DNA of 64,000 nt from NCBI RefSeq assembly GCF_006345805.1, contig NC_043022.1, forward strand, positions 20,150,001-20,214,000, read 5' to 3'. The position numbers and the translations under genes are program-made. The DNA is from Octopus sinensis (lineage: Eukaryota). Shown here in pieces: positions 49,320 to 61,135 of the stretch. The stretch's first letter is position 1. Each line of letters begins with the position of its first letter. The notes beneath the pieces are model-generated. The model was not told the origin of the DNA. It ran no database searches and saw nothing but the letters and a program-made list of their open reading frames with translations.

Positions 49320-49705
49320 ACTGGGCCTGGTGCAGCCTTCTGGCTTCCCAGACCCCAGTTGAACCGTCCAACCCATGCTAGCATGGAAAGCGGATGCTAA
49401 ATGATGATGATGATGATGATTCTACTTGTTTCAATCATTAAACTAGGGGCCATGCTGGGGCACCACCTTGAAGAACATTTACTTGAATGAATTGACCTCA
49501 GTACTTTTTTTAAAGTCTGGTACTTCGTTCTATTGCTCTCCTTTGCTGGAATGCTAATTTATAAGGGGTCTGGGAAGCCAGGAGGCTGCACCAGGCCCAG
49601 TCTGAGATCTGGCAGTGTTTCTACAGCTGGATGCCCTTCCTAATGCCAACCACTCCGTGAGTGTAGTGGGTGCTTTTTACGTGCCACTGGCACAGGTGCC
49701 AGGCA
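49320..49705. mobile_element. Cluster of RTE 3' end fragments (both orientations) and SINE remnant
   Basis: Conserved motifs at 49320-49400 (+) and 49565-49705 (-). Confidence 0.6.
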
Positions 49706-50402
49706 GTGGGAGTAGGAGACACACACACACACAATCCCACATGCATGCATGTGTGTGTGTGTGTTTGTGTGTCTCTCCCACTCCCACTGCCTGACAACCA
49801 GTGCTGGTTTGTTTGTGTTCCTATATGTCAATAGTTCAGCAGAAGAGACGAGGAGAACCAGTACCATACTTATAAAGTAAAAAAAAAAAATTAGTACTGC
49901 TCCTCAACTTGTTTGATTGAAAACCCTTCAAGGTGGAGGTCCCCAGAATGGCCGCTGTCCAATGACTGAAACAAGTAAAAGCTAAAAGATTAAAAACATT
50001 TAAAGTGGTAAAATTCAATATCTAATTTTTAAAAAACCAAAAACACCTACAATAACGAAACAAACTTAAGACTTATCAATGATAGACCATGTGTCACCCC
50101 CTCCCCTTACTCCTTCACTCCACCCATTCCTCTATGCTTCCTCCACCCCATCTATCCCCCCTCTATCCATTCTTCTGATCTACAGAAGATTTTCGGTAGG
50201 AGTGGGAGATGTTTTTTTCTTATTTTAGTTTGTTTTTGTCCAATATTTGGCTCACATGCACACAAGCCAGTGCACACGTGCGCGCGCACACACACACACA
50301 CATACACACATACACATGCAATGGGGAGGGAGACCTGTTATGTGTGTGTGTGTGTGTGTGTGTTGGGGGAGAGGCATTTAATAGTAGTAGTAGTATCAGT
50401 AA

Positions 50403-50440
<38 letters not shown>

Positions 50441-50825
50441 TGTTGTGATAGTAAATCTTTATCTGAGAAGCCCAAATACAAATGTTGATACCAGTTCTGT
50501 GTATGTGTTACAGCAACAACCTACATACATTAATATGCAAAAATACTTTTACACATGTGCAAGTACACACACACACACACACACACATCTATTGTATGCT
50601 TGACAATCACAATAATACACAGAACTACTGTTAACACATGACACACACACATGTACATGTTTGTATGTAAATGTGTGAGTGTGTGCATGTCATCATAATT
50701 ACACACATACTCACATATAATAGCCACACATACACATACTATTTAGCCCCAAGATTACCCTAGCAGAGCAGATCTATAATTAATGCTGTTCCAACTGTGG
50801 CCATTCAACCTATATTTTCTCCCAG

Positions 50826-50985
50826 ATGTTCAAATTCCGCCGAGGACGACTTTGCCTTTCATCTTTCGGGGTCGATAAATAAAGTACCATTCACGCACTA
50901 GGGTCGATGTAATCGACTTAATCCCTTTGTCTGTCTTTGTTTGTCCCTCTCTATGTTTAGCCCCTTGTGGGCAATAAAGTAATAT
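50826..50985 (+). mobile_element. SINE family B, 5'-truncated
   Basis: Core and tail. Confidence 0.8.
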
Positions 50986-51069
50986 ATATTTTCTTCCAGA
51001 TCTGCTTTAGGACAGACAGCATTAGTTTATTACATTTATAATTATCCCCCACCCACATACATTGTATAG

Positions 51070-51455
51070 CCCCAGGACAGCCCTAGCCGAGCAGTCTTAT
51101 AATTAAAGCTATTCCAACTGTGGTCATTCCTGTTTGTTTTTTCCTCTAGATATAGTTGGATCTTGTTAAATTTCTTGTGACTTCTTGAAATATTTTAAAA
51201 TCTCATCAGGCTTGAGGCTTCCGATTGGCTAAAATTACATAAGTTTAAATGCTTGAAACTTCTTTATTATTAATTTCCAGCAAAAATGGAATGCAATTTT
51301 CATCATCTGCAGGCAAAACTATATCAGAAGTACATTTTTTAAAAAATAATCTGGTGAAAATTTGAAATACATCAAGTGATTGAAAGAAATTTAACAAGAT
51401 TCTTATACTTTGCCTAGGACTACATTATTCTATAAATATGGCCACATATATGCAT

Positions 51456-51497
<42 letters not shown>

Positions 51498-51860
51498 GCA
51501 CACATGCACACACACATGCACACACACTCTGTATCGCCCCAGGACAGTCCTGGCTTAGCAAACCTATGATTGAAGCTATTCTAACTATGGCTGTCCTGTC
51601 TAAATTTACCACCAGATATACTTGGATCTTGTTAAATTTCTTGTGCCTACTTGAAGTATTTTATATCTTCACTAGATTGGAGTCTTCCAATTGGATAGAA
51701 TTACATAACGCTAAATGCTTCAAACTTCTTTATTCGTTTCCAGAGAAAAACTGAATGTGATTTTCGTCATCAACAGGCAAAAATCTATATCAGAAATACA
51801 TTATTTGAAAATAATCCAATGAAAATTTGAAATACTTTAAGTGGTTGAAAGAAAGTTAAC
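51070..51860 (+). repeat. Old tandem duplication (~470-bp period) containing a TIR-bounded MITE-like unit
   Basis: Units 51070-51405 and 51537-51860; ggatcttgttaaatttc / gaaatttaacaagattc inverted ends. Confidence 0.6.
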
Positions 51861-52245
51861 GTGGTAAGTAGCTTGCTAACCAACCACATGGTTCCGGGTT
51901 CAGTCCCACTGCCTGGCATCTTGGGCAAGTGTCTTCTGCTATAGCCCCGGGCCGACCAATGCCTTGTGAGTGGATTTGGTAGACGGAAACTGAAAGAAGC
52001 CTGTCGTATATATGTATATATATATATGTATGTGTGTGTGTGCCTGTGTTTGTCCCCCTAGCATTGCCTGACAACTGATGCTGGTGTGTTTATGTCCCCG
52101 TCACTTAGCGGTTCGGCAAAAGAGACCGATAGAATAAGTACTGGGCTTACAAAGAATAAGTTCCGGGGTCGATTTGCTCGACTAAAGGCGGTGCTCCAGC
52201 ATGGCCGCAGTCAAATGACTGAAACAAGTAAAAGAGTAAAAGAGT
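51861..52245 (+). mobile_element. SINE family A, lacking first ~15 nt
   Basis: High identity to other copies. Confidence 0.88.
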
Positions 52246-52770
52246 AGTAAGGTTCATATATTTTATCTAGCACTGCATTAATCTCCTAAATCATTTAATT
52301 TTTTAGGAGAGTAGGACATGATTTGATAGAGATTTGGCTGCTAATCTTTGTAGGTCAGGCTACAATGTAGAAACCTCTCATTGACACACTTACACATTGT
52401 GTGCCTGTGTGTGGGTGGTTGGTGTGGTTGTTTGTGGTTGGTGCTCGTTTTCAGAATGTCACATTATACTCACAGCACTTAGAACTTGTAATAATTAATT
52501 CGAGTATGTTAATTATGTGAAGTTCCTGTTCTTGTTGCTTGTTGTAGTGGAGTAGACTGAGATAGATCAAGGCCCAGCTCTGTTTGAATAAACCTAATCC
52601 ATGAAGTTTTCAAGTCAGCCTTTTAATACGCTCTGCATTTAAACACTGTAACAAACTTATGTGTCTGTTTGTCTGTCTGTCTGTCTGTCTAACTCAGTGG
52701 TTCTCAACCATTTTTCACCAATAAGCCCCTTTGATTCCTATTTTACTTGGGTGGACCCTCATAGCCATTC

Positions 52771-54033
52771 ATGATGATGATGATGATCATCATCATCATT
52801 ATTTTGCATCTGTTTTCCATGCTGGCATGGGTTAGGTGGGAAGCTTGAGAGCTGCACCAGGCTCCAGTTGTCTGTTTTGGCTTGGTTTCTACAGCTGGAT
52901 ACCCTTCCTAACACCAACCACTCCGTGAGTATAGTGGATGCTTTTCATACGTCACTGGAAAGGGTGTCTTTTATGTGTCACTGGAAAAGGTGCCTTTAAC
53001 ATGTCATTAAAAAAGGTGCCTTTCACATGTCACTGGAAAAGGTGCCTTTCATATGTCACTGGAAAGGGTGCCTTTCACATGTCACTGGAAAGGGTGCCTT
53101 TCACATGTCACTGGAAAAGGTGCCTTTCACATGTCACTGGAAAGAGTGCCTTTCACATGTCACTGGAAAAGGTGCCTTTCACATGTCACTGGAAAAGGTG
53201 CCTTTCACATGTCACTGGAAAGGGTGCCTTTCACATGTCACTGGAAAAGGTACCTTTCATATGTCACTGGAAAGGGTGCCTTTCACATGTCACTGGAAAA
53301 GGTGCCTTCCACATGTCACTGGAAAAGGGGCTTTTCACATGTCATTGGAAAAGGTGCCTTTCACATGTCACTGGAAAAGGTGCCTTTTACATGTCACTGG
53401 AAAAGGTGCCTTTCACATGTCACTGGAAAAGGTGCCTTTCACATGTCACTAGAAAAGGTGCTTTCACATGTCATTGGAAAGGGTGCCTTTCATATTTCAC
53501 TGGAAAAGATGCCTTTCATATGTCACTGGAAAAGGTGCCTTTCACATGTCACTGGAAAAGGTGCCTTTCACATGTCACTGGAAAAAGTGCCTTTCACATG
53601 TCACTGGAAAAGGTGCCTTTCATATGTCACTGGAAAAGGTGCCTTTCACATGTCATTGGAAAAGGTGCCTTTCAAATGTCACTGGAAAAGGTGCCTTTCA
53701 CATGTCACTGGAAAAGGTGCCTTTCATATGTCACTGGAAAAGGTGCCTTTCACATGTCACTGGAAAAGGTGCCTTTCACATGTCACTGGCACTGGTCCAC
53801 TTAGCTTGACATGTCTTCTGAAGCACAGCAAATCACCATAGGTCTTGGTCCACAAGACTCAATATCTGAAGATCATCATATTTCATCATCGTGTCCCATA
53901 TCTTCCTGGGTCTACCTCTTCCACAGGTTCTCTCCACAGCTAGAGTTTGACAGTTCTTTATGTAACTGTCCTAGTTCATATGCATCACATGACCATGCCA
54001 GTGCAGTCTTCTCTCTTGCACACTACACCTGCA
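52771..54033 (-). mobile_element. 5'-truncated RTE-LINE nested in the hAT MITE
   Basis: ORF2 end RRLHWHGHV...GRPRKIWD at ~53800-54030; 3'UTR and (cat)n tail at 52771-52950; cattca flanks both ends. Confidence 0.78.
52951..53787. repeat. 26-bp minisatellite, about 32 copies (gtcactggaaaaggtgcctttcacat)
   Basis: Direct inspection; lies inside the RTE 3'UTR. Confidence 0.95.
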
Positions 54034-54072
54034 TTCAATGTTTAAAAAATTCTGTTATGATTTAATAATTAA

Positions 54073-54482
54073 ACTAGCAGTATAGCCCAGCGTTGCTTGG
54101 GCTTGTTTTCTTTTCGACTCTTTAGAATTGGAATTTTTGAAAAGTAAAAATTTTTCATTATGTAGCTTGTTATTCTCTTTAAGTGAACATTTTTCTGGTT
54201 GAAATACACCGAAAAATGGCGACACAGCAGTAAAAAAATCGTAAAAAATAGGGATTTTCATAGTAGAAAAAAGCACCTTTTTGATGTAAATAATTTTTGG
54301 TGTTAACATGGTCCAATTTGAATTTTTTCTTCTACAGAATGAAGTGCAAGCTTTCTTCTATCATACTCTCAAGTTTGGTCAAATTGCGCCGCAGGGTCTC
54401 GGAGGAGATAGTGTTAGTTGAAGGCTTACCAAACCTGCCATACACAGACAACTTCAGCTTTATATAGATATATAGATATTAT
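54073..54482 (+). mobile_element. Helitron/Helentron-like non-autonomous element
   Basis: Starts actagcagtatagcccagcgttgcttgggc (hairpin-forming 5' end), ends cacagacaac...tttatatagatatatagat; no TIR/TSD seen; related ends at 55548-55931 and 46950. Confidence 0.5.
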
Positions 54483-54685
54483 TAGAAATTGTATTAAAAA
54501 ATTAAAATATTTTGTGTATTGTTGAAGTATAACCAATTTATTGCTCAGAATTTTTAACGAACAAAATCTGATGTGGACCCTTAAAGGCCATATGGACCTA
54601 GTTGAGAACCACTGATCTAACTGATCATACAATTATTTGTCATTAACCCTTTTACTGCAGAAATCAGATGTATCCACTCAAAATT

Positions 54686-55300
54686 TTGTTGCCCTTAACC
54701 CTGTCGATACCAACCTATATGAGACTGCCTCTGGTTCTATAACACAAACTTAATGCTTTAAAAGAATTATAATCTTCCATTAGTGGAGGCGCAATGGCCC
54801 AGTGGTTAGGGCAGCGGCCTCGCGGTCATAGGATCGTGGTTTCGATTCCCAGACCGGGCGTTGTGAGTGTTTATTGAGCGAAAACACCTAAAAGCTCCAC
54901 GAGGCTCCGGCAGTGGATGTTGGTGATCCCTGCTGTACTCTTTCACCACAACTTTCTCTCACTCTTACTTCCTGTTTCTGTTGTACCTGTATTTCAAAGG
55001 GCCGGCCTTGTCACTCTCTGTGTCACGCTGAATATCCCCGAGAACTACGTTAAGGGTACACGTGTCTGTGGAGTGCTCAGCCACTTACACGTTAATTTCA
55101 CGAGCAGGCTGTTCCGTTGATTCGGATCAACCGGAACCCTCATCGTCGTAACCGACGGAGTGCTTCCACAATCTTCCATTAAAATTTTATGCTAATTTGT
55201 TCCAGACCCCAGCTTGATAATGAGGAAGTTATTTTATTAAAGTCTTTCATTATTTTAAAAATCAATTGAAACGAGGTCAGTATATGTCAATAGAAGTATG
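54686..55300 (+). mobile_element. piggyBac-like non-autonomous element interrupted by a SINE
   Basis: Begins ttaaccctgtcgatacc, ends ggtaacaaacaagtt; host sequence resumes after the SINE TSD. Confidence 0.4.
54783..55169 (+). mobile_element. SINE family C, full length, 12-bp TSD
   Basis: aatcttccatta at 54771-54782 and 55170-55181; tRNA(Arg)-like head. Confidence 0.9.
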
Positions 55301-55547
55301 GTAACAAACAAGTTCACCGCAGAAAGCAGTTTTATATCCCAGTCTGTCCTTTGTTGAAGAATGTCATGTTTAGAACTGTTTGAGATATGTCAAATTTGTT
55401 GAGGCAGCATGACCTGCAGAAAATACCAATGCTATATTTTAGTAGACGTTTAATACAGTATTACTGGAATAACCAGGAAAATTAATTACGCAGTTAAATG
55501 GCTAAAATGGTGTTTTGAACACAAGAAAAGACAAATTTATATTAGTA

Positions 55548-55931
55548 CTAGCAGTATCGCCCGGCGTTGCTCAGGTTTGTAAGGGAAATAACTATAAAGC
55601 ATTTTTAGAGAGTTATAGCCAAAAAATAGCAAAAAAATGGGAAAAAAATGATGGTAAATTTTTTTGAGAGTTAAAAAAGGTGAAGTTGCGTCCCCTAGAC
55701 GGTCTGTGGTTTGGGTTTCTGATTCTCGACCCCATGTCGAATTTATCGATTTTTTTCAGAACTGGGGGAACTTTTCAAAATTTTCGCTGCGTTAGTTTTG
55801 AATTATGACATTGGGCTATGTGTGTGTCAAGTTTCATCAGAATCGGTTGAAAGCCGTGGTCAGGGTGAGGGTACGAGAAAACAGACACACAGAAAACGCA
55901 CAGACAAACTGCCGTTTATATATAGAGAGAT
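55548..55931 (+). mobile_element. Helitron/Helentron-like non-autonomous element
   Basis: actagcagtatcgcccggcgttgctc 5' end; aagtttcatcagaatcggttga...cacagacaaactgccgtttatatatagagagat 3' end. Confidence 0.55.
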
Positions 55932-55989
55932 AATGCTTGTGTGTGTGTGTGTGTGTTTATGTATATACACATACATACAAAAACATTGA

Positions 55990-56146
55990 GTGTGTGGCTG
56001 TGTGGTAAGAAGCTTGCTTTCCTGCCACATGATTTTGGATTTACTCCCACTGCGTGGTACCTTGGGCAAGTGTCTTCTACTATAGCCTGGGGCCAACCAA
56101 AGTCTTGTGAATGGATTTGGGAGATGGAAACTGAAAGAAGCCTGTG

Positions 56147-56181
<35 letters not shown>

Positions 56182-56400
56182 ATTGTGTGTGTTTGTTACC
56201 CCTCACTGCTTGACAATTGTTGTTGGTTTGTTTACATCCCTTAACTCAGTAGTTCGGCAAAAAGGGACCAATAAAATTAGTACCAGGCTTAGTAAGAAAA
56301 AAAAAGTACTGGGGTCAATTTTTTTTTGCCTGAAAACTCTGCAAGGCAGTGAGTGCCCTAGCGTGGCTGCAGTCCAATGACTGAAACAAGCAAAAGATAC
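55990..56400 (+). mobile_element. SINE family A, diverged
   Basis: Head and tail motifs. Confidence 0.75.
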
Positions 56401-56409
56401 ATGATGTAT

Positions 56410-56605
56410 TTATTTCTTTATTGCCCACAAGGGGCTAAACATAGAGGGGACAAACAAGGACAGAAAAAAAGGATGAAGTCGATTACATCGACCCCCAGTG
56501 CGTAACTGGTACTTATTTAATCGACCCTAAAGGATGAAAGGCAAAGTCAACCTTGGTGGAATTTGAACTCAGAATGTAACGGCAGATGAAATACCGCTAA
56601 GCATT
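56410..56605 (-). mobile_element. SINE family B
   Basis: Reverse complement of consensus. Confidence 0.82.
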
Positions 56606-56663
56606 TCCCCCTCCCCTCCCCCAGCGTGCCACCCTTACAAGATGTATTTAATAAGTTGACAGT

Positions 56664-57068
56664 GAGTGGCTGTGTGGTAAGTAGCTTGCTAACCAACCTC
56701 ATGGTTCCGGGTTCAGTCCCACTGCGTGGCATCTTGGGCAAGTGTCTTCTGCTATAGCCCCGGGCCGACCAATGCCTTGTGAGTGGATTTGGTAGACGGA
56801 AACTGAAAGAAGCCTGTCGTATATATGTATATATATGTGTATGTGTATGTGTTTGTGTGTCTGTGTTTGTCCCCCTAGCATTGCTTGACAACCGATGCTG
56901 GTGTGTTTACGTCCCCGTCACTTAGCGGTTCGGCAAAAAGAGACCGATAGAATAAGTACTGGGCTTCCAAAGAATAAGTCCTGGGGTCGATTTGCTCGAC
57001 TAAAGGCGGTGCTCCAGCATGGCCGCAGTCAAATGACTGAAACAAGTAAAAGAGAAAAGAGAGAAGAG
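56664..57068 (+). mobile_element. SINE family A, full length
   Basis: High identity to other copies. Confidence 0.9.
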
Positions 57069-57349
57069 TGATGTGATGTAATGTGAAATGATGCTGAGAA
57101 ACAAAAACAGCCGTTGAGGTGATAAAGGTGAAAACCTCCTGAAGTCATTTCTTGTTAGGACTAGTTTGTGTCAAAATACTCATTGAAAGGTGAGGATTCA
57201 AAAACAGTTATGGACATACACATACTCCCACTCCTTCTTTCCTTCTCTCTCTTTCTTTCTCCTTTCCTCTATTTGTCGGTCCCTCTTTCTTCCTCTTCCC
57301 ACCCCCAACAACTTGCTTCCTATGTCTCTTGCTCTGGTTTCCTTCTTTC

Positions 57350-57397
57350 TCTCAATATCTATCTATCTATCTACCTACCTACCTATCTATCTATCTA

Positions 57398-57434
<37 letters not shown>

Positions 57435-57540
57435 GTATCTATCTTTCTTTCTTTCTTATTTATCTGTCTTTCTGTATGTCTGTCTTTCCTTCCATCTGTC
57501 TGTCTTTCTGTCAATCTATCTCTCCGTCTTTCTATCAGCC
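57350..57540. repeat. (TCTA)n/(TCTG)n microsatellite
   Basis: Direct inspection. Confidence 0.88.
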
Positions 57541-57734
57541 CAAGAATATAGTGGAAGACACTTGCCCAAGGTGCCACGCAATTGGACTGAACCCGGAACC
57601 TTATCGTTGGGAAGCAAGCTTCTTATCACACAGACAGGCTTGCATCTATATATATATATAAAGAATAGAGTGAGTATGTGTGTATAATACGCACATACAC
57701 ATATGTCATGTGTATGTGCATATTATACACTCAT

Positions 57735-58145
57735 AGGCGCAAGAGTTGCTGTGTGGTAAGTAGCTTGTTTACCAAGCACATGGTACTGGGTTCAGTCCCA
57801 CTGCGTGGCATCTTGGGCGAGTCTCTTCTGCTATAGCCTCGGGCCGACCAAAGCCTTGTGAGTGGATTTGGTAGACAGAAACTGAAAAGAAGCCCGTCGT
57901 ATATATGTATATATATGTATATGTGTGTGTGCGTGTATGTTTGTGTTTGTCCCCCCTAGCATAGCTTGACAACCGATGCTGGTGTGTTTATGTCCCCGTT
58001 ACTTAGCGGTTCAGCAAAAGAGACTGATAGAATAAGTACTGGGCTTACAAAGAATAAGTCCCGGTGTCGAGTTGCTCGACTAAAGGCGGTGCTCCAGCAT
58101 GGCCACAGTCAAATGACTGAAACAAGTAAAAGAGTAAAAGAGAGT
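57735..58145 (+). mobile_element. SINE family A, full length
   Basis: High identity to other copies. Confidence 0.9.
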
Positions 58146-58882
58146 ATACACAATCTGTATTGCTGGTCATTCTCATTATTTATGATTTTGTTAGCCAGTG
58201 CTTTTTAGCCTTCCACCCTGTCAATACTAGAGACTCTACCCCACCACCACCACCACCACCCACGTACCCCTAGCTGTCTCTCATCCAAATAAACCACCTT
58301 CTTTACCCTACCTCCCCCCCCGTTCACTGCCACACCTCACTCATCTTATTTAGATTGCTCTTATTTAAACAATTTACTCTATTTTCTGGGAGGTCTCTTG
58401 TCAGCCGAGATGGGGTGCCATGTCAACACAAGATTATGACTGACTGTCTTGTTTTCTCTATAATTAATTAACTATTTATTATTATTATTACTACAGCAAA
58501 GAGAGTATATGAGAGAGAGGGAGAGAGAGAGAGAGAGAATGAAGGAGAGAGTGAAAGAGAGAGAGATAAAGAGAGGGAAAGAAAGGAAGGGGAGTGTGTA
58601 GTAGGACTCTCTTCTTGTCCCAATATTTTTAAGTAAGAGAAATGTAAATCAACATCTAAGATTCTCTCACTTTTAGCAGCATCTAAGATTTTGAAAGGAG
58701 AGTGAGAGCTGGAGGTGTTGGTCAGGTGTGGATTTAACAGTAGTATATCCTTTTCTACTCTAGGCACAAGGCCTGAAATTTTTGGGGAGGGTACCAGTCG
58801 ATTAGTACACAGCTGGTACTTAATTTATTGGCCCTGAAAGGATGAAAGGCAAAATGGACCTCAATGGAATTTGAACTCAGAA

Positions 58883-59304
58883 CTCTCTTTTACTTACTCT
58901 TTTACTCTTTTACTTGTTTCAGTCATTTGACTGCGGCCATGCTGGAGCACCGCCTTTAATCGAGCAACTCAACCCCGGGACTTATTCTTTGTAAGCCCAG
59001 TACTTATTCTATTGGTCTCTTTTGTCGAACCGCGAAGTGACGGGGACATAAACACACCAGCATCGGTTGTCAAGCAATGCTAGGGGGACAAACACAGACA
59101 CACAAACATGCACACACACATATATATATATACATATATATGACAGGCTTCTTTCAGTTTCCATCTACCAAATCCTCTCTCAAGGCTTTGGTCGGCCCGA
59201 GGCTATAGTAGAAGACACTTGCCCAGTGTGCCACGCAGTTGGACTGAACCCGGAACCATGTGGTTGGTAAGCAAGATACTTACCACACAGCCACTCCTGC
59301 GCCT
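58883..59304 (-). mobile_element. SINE family A, full length (adjacent to a family B remnant 58740-58883)
   Basis: High identity to other copies. Confidence 0.9.
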
Positions 59305-59454
59305 TGCTTGGTTTGCTAACGTCTCTGCCAGTTAACGGGATTATATTACAGGAGCATGGGTAGGTGGTTGGATATGTGAGGGAAAATGAAGGGGAGGTGG
59401 GGTGATGGAAAACATTTTCATAGTTTCATAAATTTTGAGTGTTTTCTACAAAAC

Positions 59455-59862
59455 AAGGAGTGGGTGTGTGGTAAGTAGCTTGCTTACAAACCAAATGGTT
59501 CCAGGTTCAGACCCACTGCGTGGCATCTTGGATAGGTGTCTTCTACTATAGCCTTGGGCCGACTAAAGCCTTGTGAGTGGATTTGGTAGACGGAAACTGA
59601 AAGAAGCCTGTCGTATATATGTATATATATATGTATATATATGTATGTATGTGTGTGTATATGTTTGTGTGTCTGTGTTTGTCCCCCTAGCATTGCTTGA
59701 CAACCGATGCTGGTGTGTTTACGTCCCCGTAACTTAGCGGTTTGGCAAAAGAGACTGATAGAATAAGTACTAGGCCTACAAAGAATAAGTCCCGGGGTTG
59801 ATTTGCTCGACTAAAGGCGGTGCTCCAGCATGGCCACAGTCAAATGACTGAAACAAGTAAAA
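59455..59862 (+). mobile_element. SINE family A, full length
   Basis: High identity to other copies. Confidence 0.88.
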
Positions 59863-60137
59863 TAGTATTATAATTGTGCTGCAGAAATAAACTGCATTTT
59901 TTTATGTGAATAAACACATTGATTAAGAAAAAAACATTAATTGGAACAGGTTTTTACTACATGTCAAATGATTTCATACAAATTCTCTTTGATTTCCTTT
60001 TTTTTATTATTATTGTTGTGGTTATTAATTTCCCATCTTATATTTATTTTTAATTCTCTTTCTGTGTCAACTTGTAATTATACCTTGGGCAAATGTCTTC
60101 TACTATAGCCTCAGGTTGACCAAAACTTTTTGAGTAG

Positions 60138-60320
60138 ATTTCGTCTGCCGTTACGTTCTGAGTTCAAATTCCGCCGAGGTCGACTTTGCCTTTCATCCTT
60201 TCGGGGTCGATAAATTAAGCACCAGTTACGCACTGGGGTCGATGTAATCGACTTAATCCGTTTTTCTGTCCTTGTTTGTCCCCTCTGTGTTTAGCCCCTT
60301 GTGGGTAGTAAAGAAATAGC
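60138..60320 (+). mobile_element. SINE family B nested in a diverged family A copy (60080-60535)
   Basis: Family A sequence resumes after the B tail. Confidence 0.75.
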
Positions 60321-60561
60321 TATATTTGTGTGTTTGTCCCTCACCACTGCTTGACAACTGGTGTTGCTATGTTTACATCCCTGTAACTTGGTTCAGCAAA
60401 AGAGACCAACAGAATAAATACCAGGCTTGAAAAAAAAAAAATTACTGGTGTTGATTCATTCAACTAAAAATTCTTGAAGGTGTTGCTCCAGCATGACCAG
60501 AGTCTAATGACTGAAACAGATAAAAGGTAAAAGATTAACCACTTTATATTCACGGTTTTAA

Positions 60562-60767
60562 CCCTTTCTTGAGATGCTCTGTATTTCTTTCAATTATTTT
60601 AAATATAACAAAGAATTTAGTAAAATGACTTAGTTATCATTCAGCTAGTGATAAGAACATAAATTGTGACTAAGATTTGGTGGAAGATTTTAATTCAAAA
60701 CTTATGTAAAGAAGACATTTATACTACAGAGCCAGAGCCGGTTTTAGCCGGGTTGCTAACGAAAGGA
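60562..60767 (+). mobile_element. piggyBac-like MITE with TTAA TSDs
   Basis: Same family as 39282-39499. Confidence 0.72.
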
Positions 60768-60886
60768 TTAAATAATTTTTATATCCTTTGGGAGATCATA
60801 GCATTGGTGCCGAGCTGAAAGGAGACTTGCATGCATTAGCAGCTTCTTGTTTTCCCCAAAATACCATTGCCCAGGTCTTGGACAAT

Positions 60887-61135
60887 GTGAAGGCACATGG
60901 CTCAGTTGTTAGAGTGTTGGGCTCACAATCATGAGGTAGTGAGTTCAATTCCTGGACCGGGCTGTGTGTTGTGTTCTTGAGCAAGATACTTTATTTTCAT
61001 GTTGCTCCAGTTCACTCATCTGTTGAAGTGAGTTGTGATGTCACTAATGCCAAGCTGTATCGGCTTTTACCTTTCCTTTGGATAAAATCAGTGGCATGGA
61101 GAGACGAGGCTGGTATGCATGGGTAACTGCTGATT
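60887..61135 (+). mobile_element. tRNA-derived SINE family D
   Basis: Head gaaggcacatggctcagttgttagag...gagttcaattcc; cttgagcaaga core. Confidence 0.75.

Larger units (their letters stand above)
52695..54614 (+). mobile_element. hAT-type MITE expanded by nested insertions
   Basis: TIRs cagtggttctcaac / gttgagaaccactg; 8-bp TSD gtctaact (52687-52694) / atctaact (54615-54622). Confidence 0.75.

Noticed and set aside
52938-53841. Long ORFs with repeated CHWK/MSLEKVPFT motifs resembling a Cys/His repeat protein
   Set aside because: Translations of a 26-bp minisatellite that is open in several frames and lies in an RTE 3'UTR
54783-54860. tRNA-Arg-like sequence (also 37074 and 39680)
   Set aside because: No complete cloverleaf; continues into a SINE body bounded by TSDs
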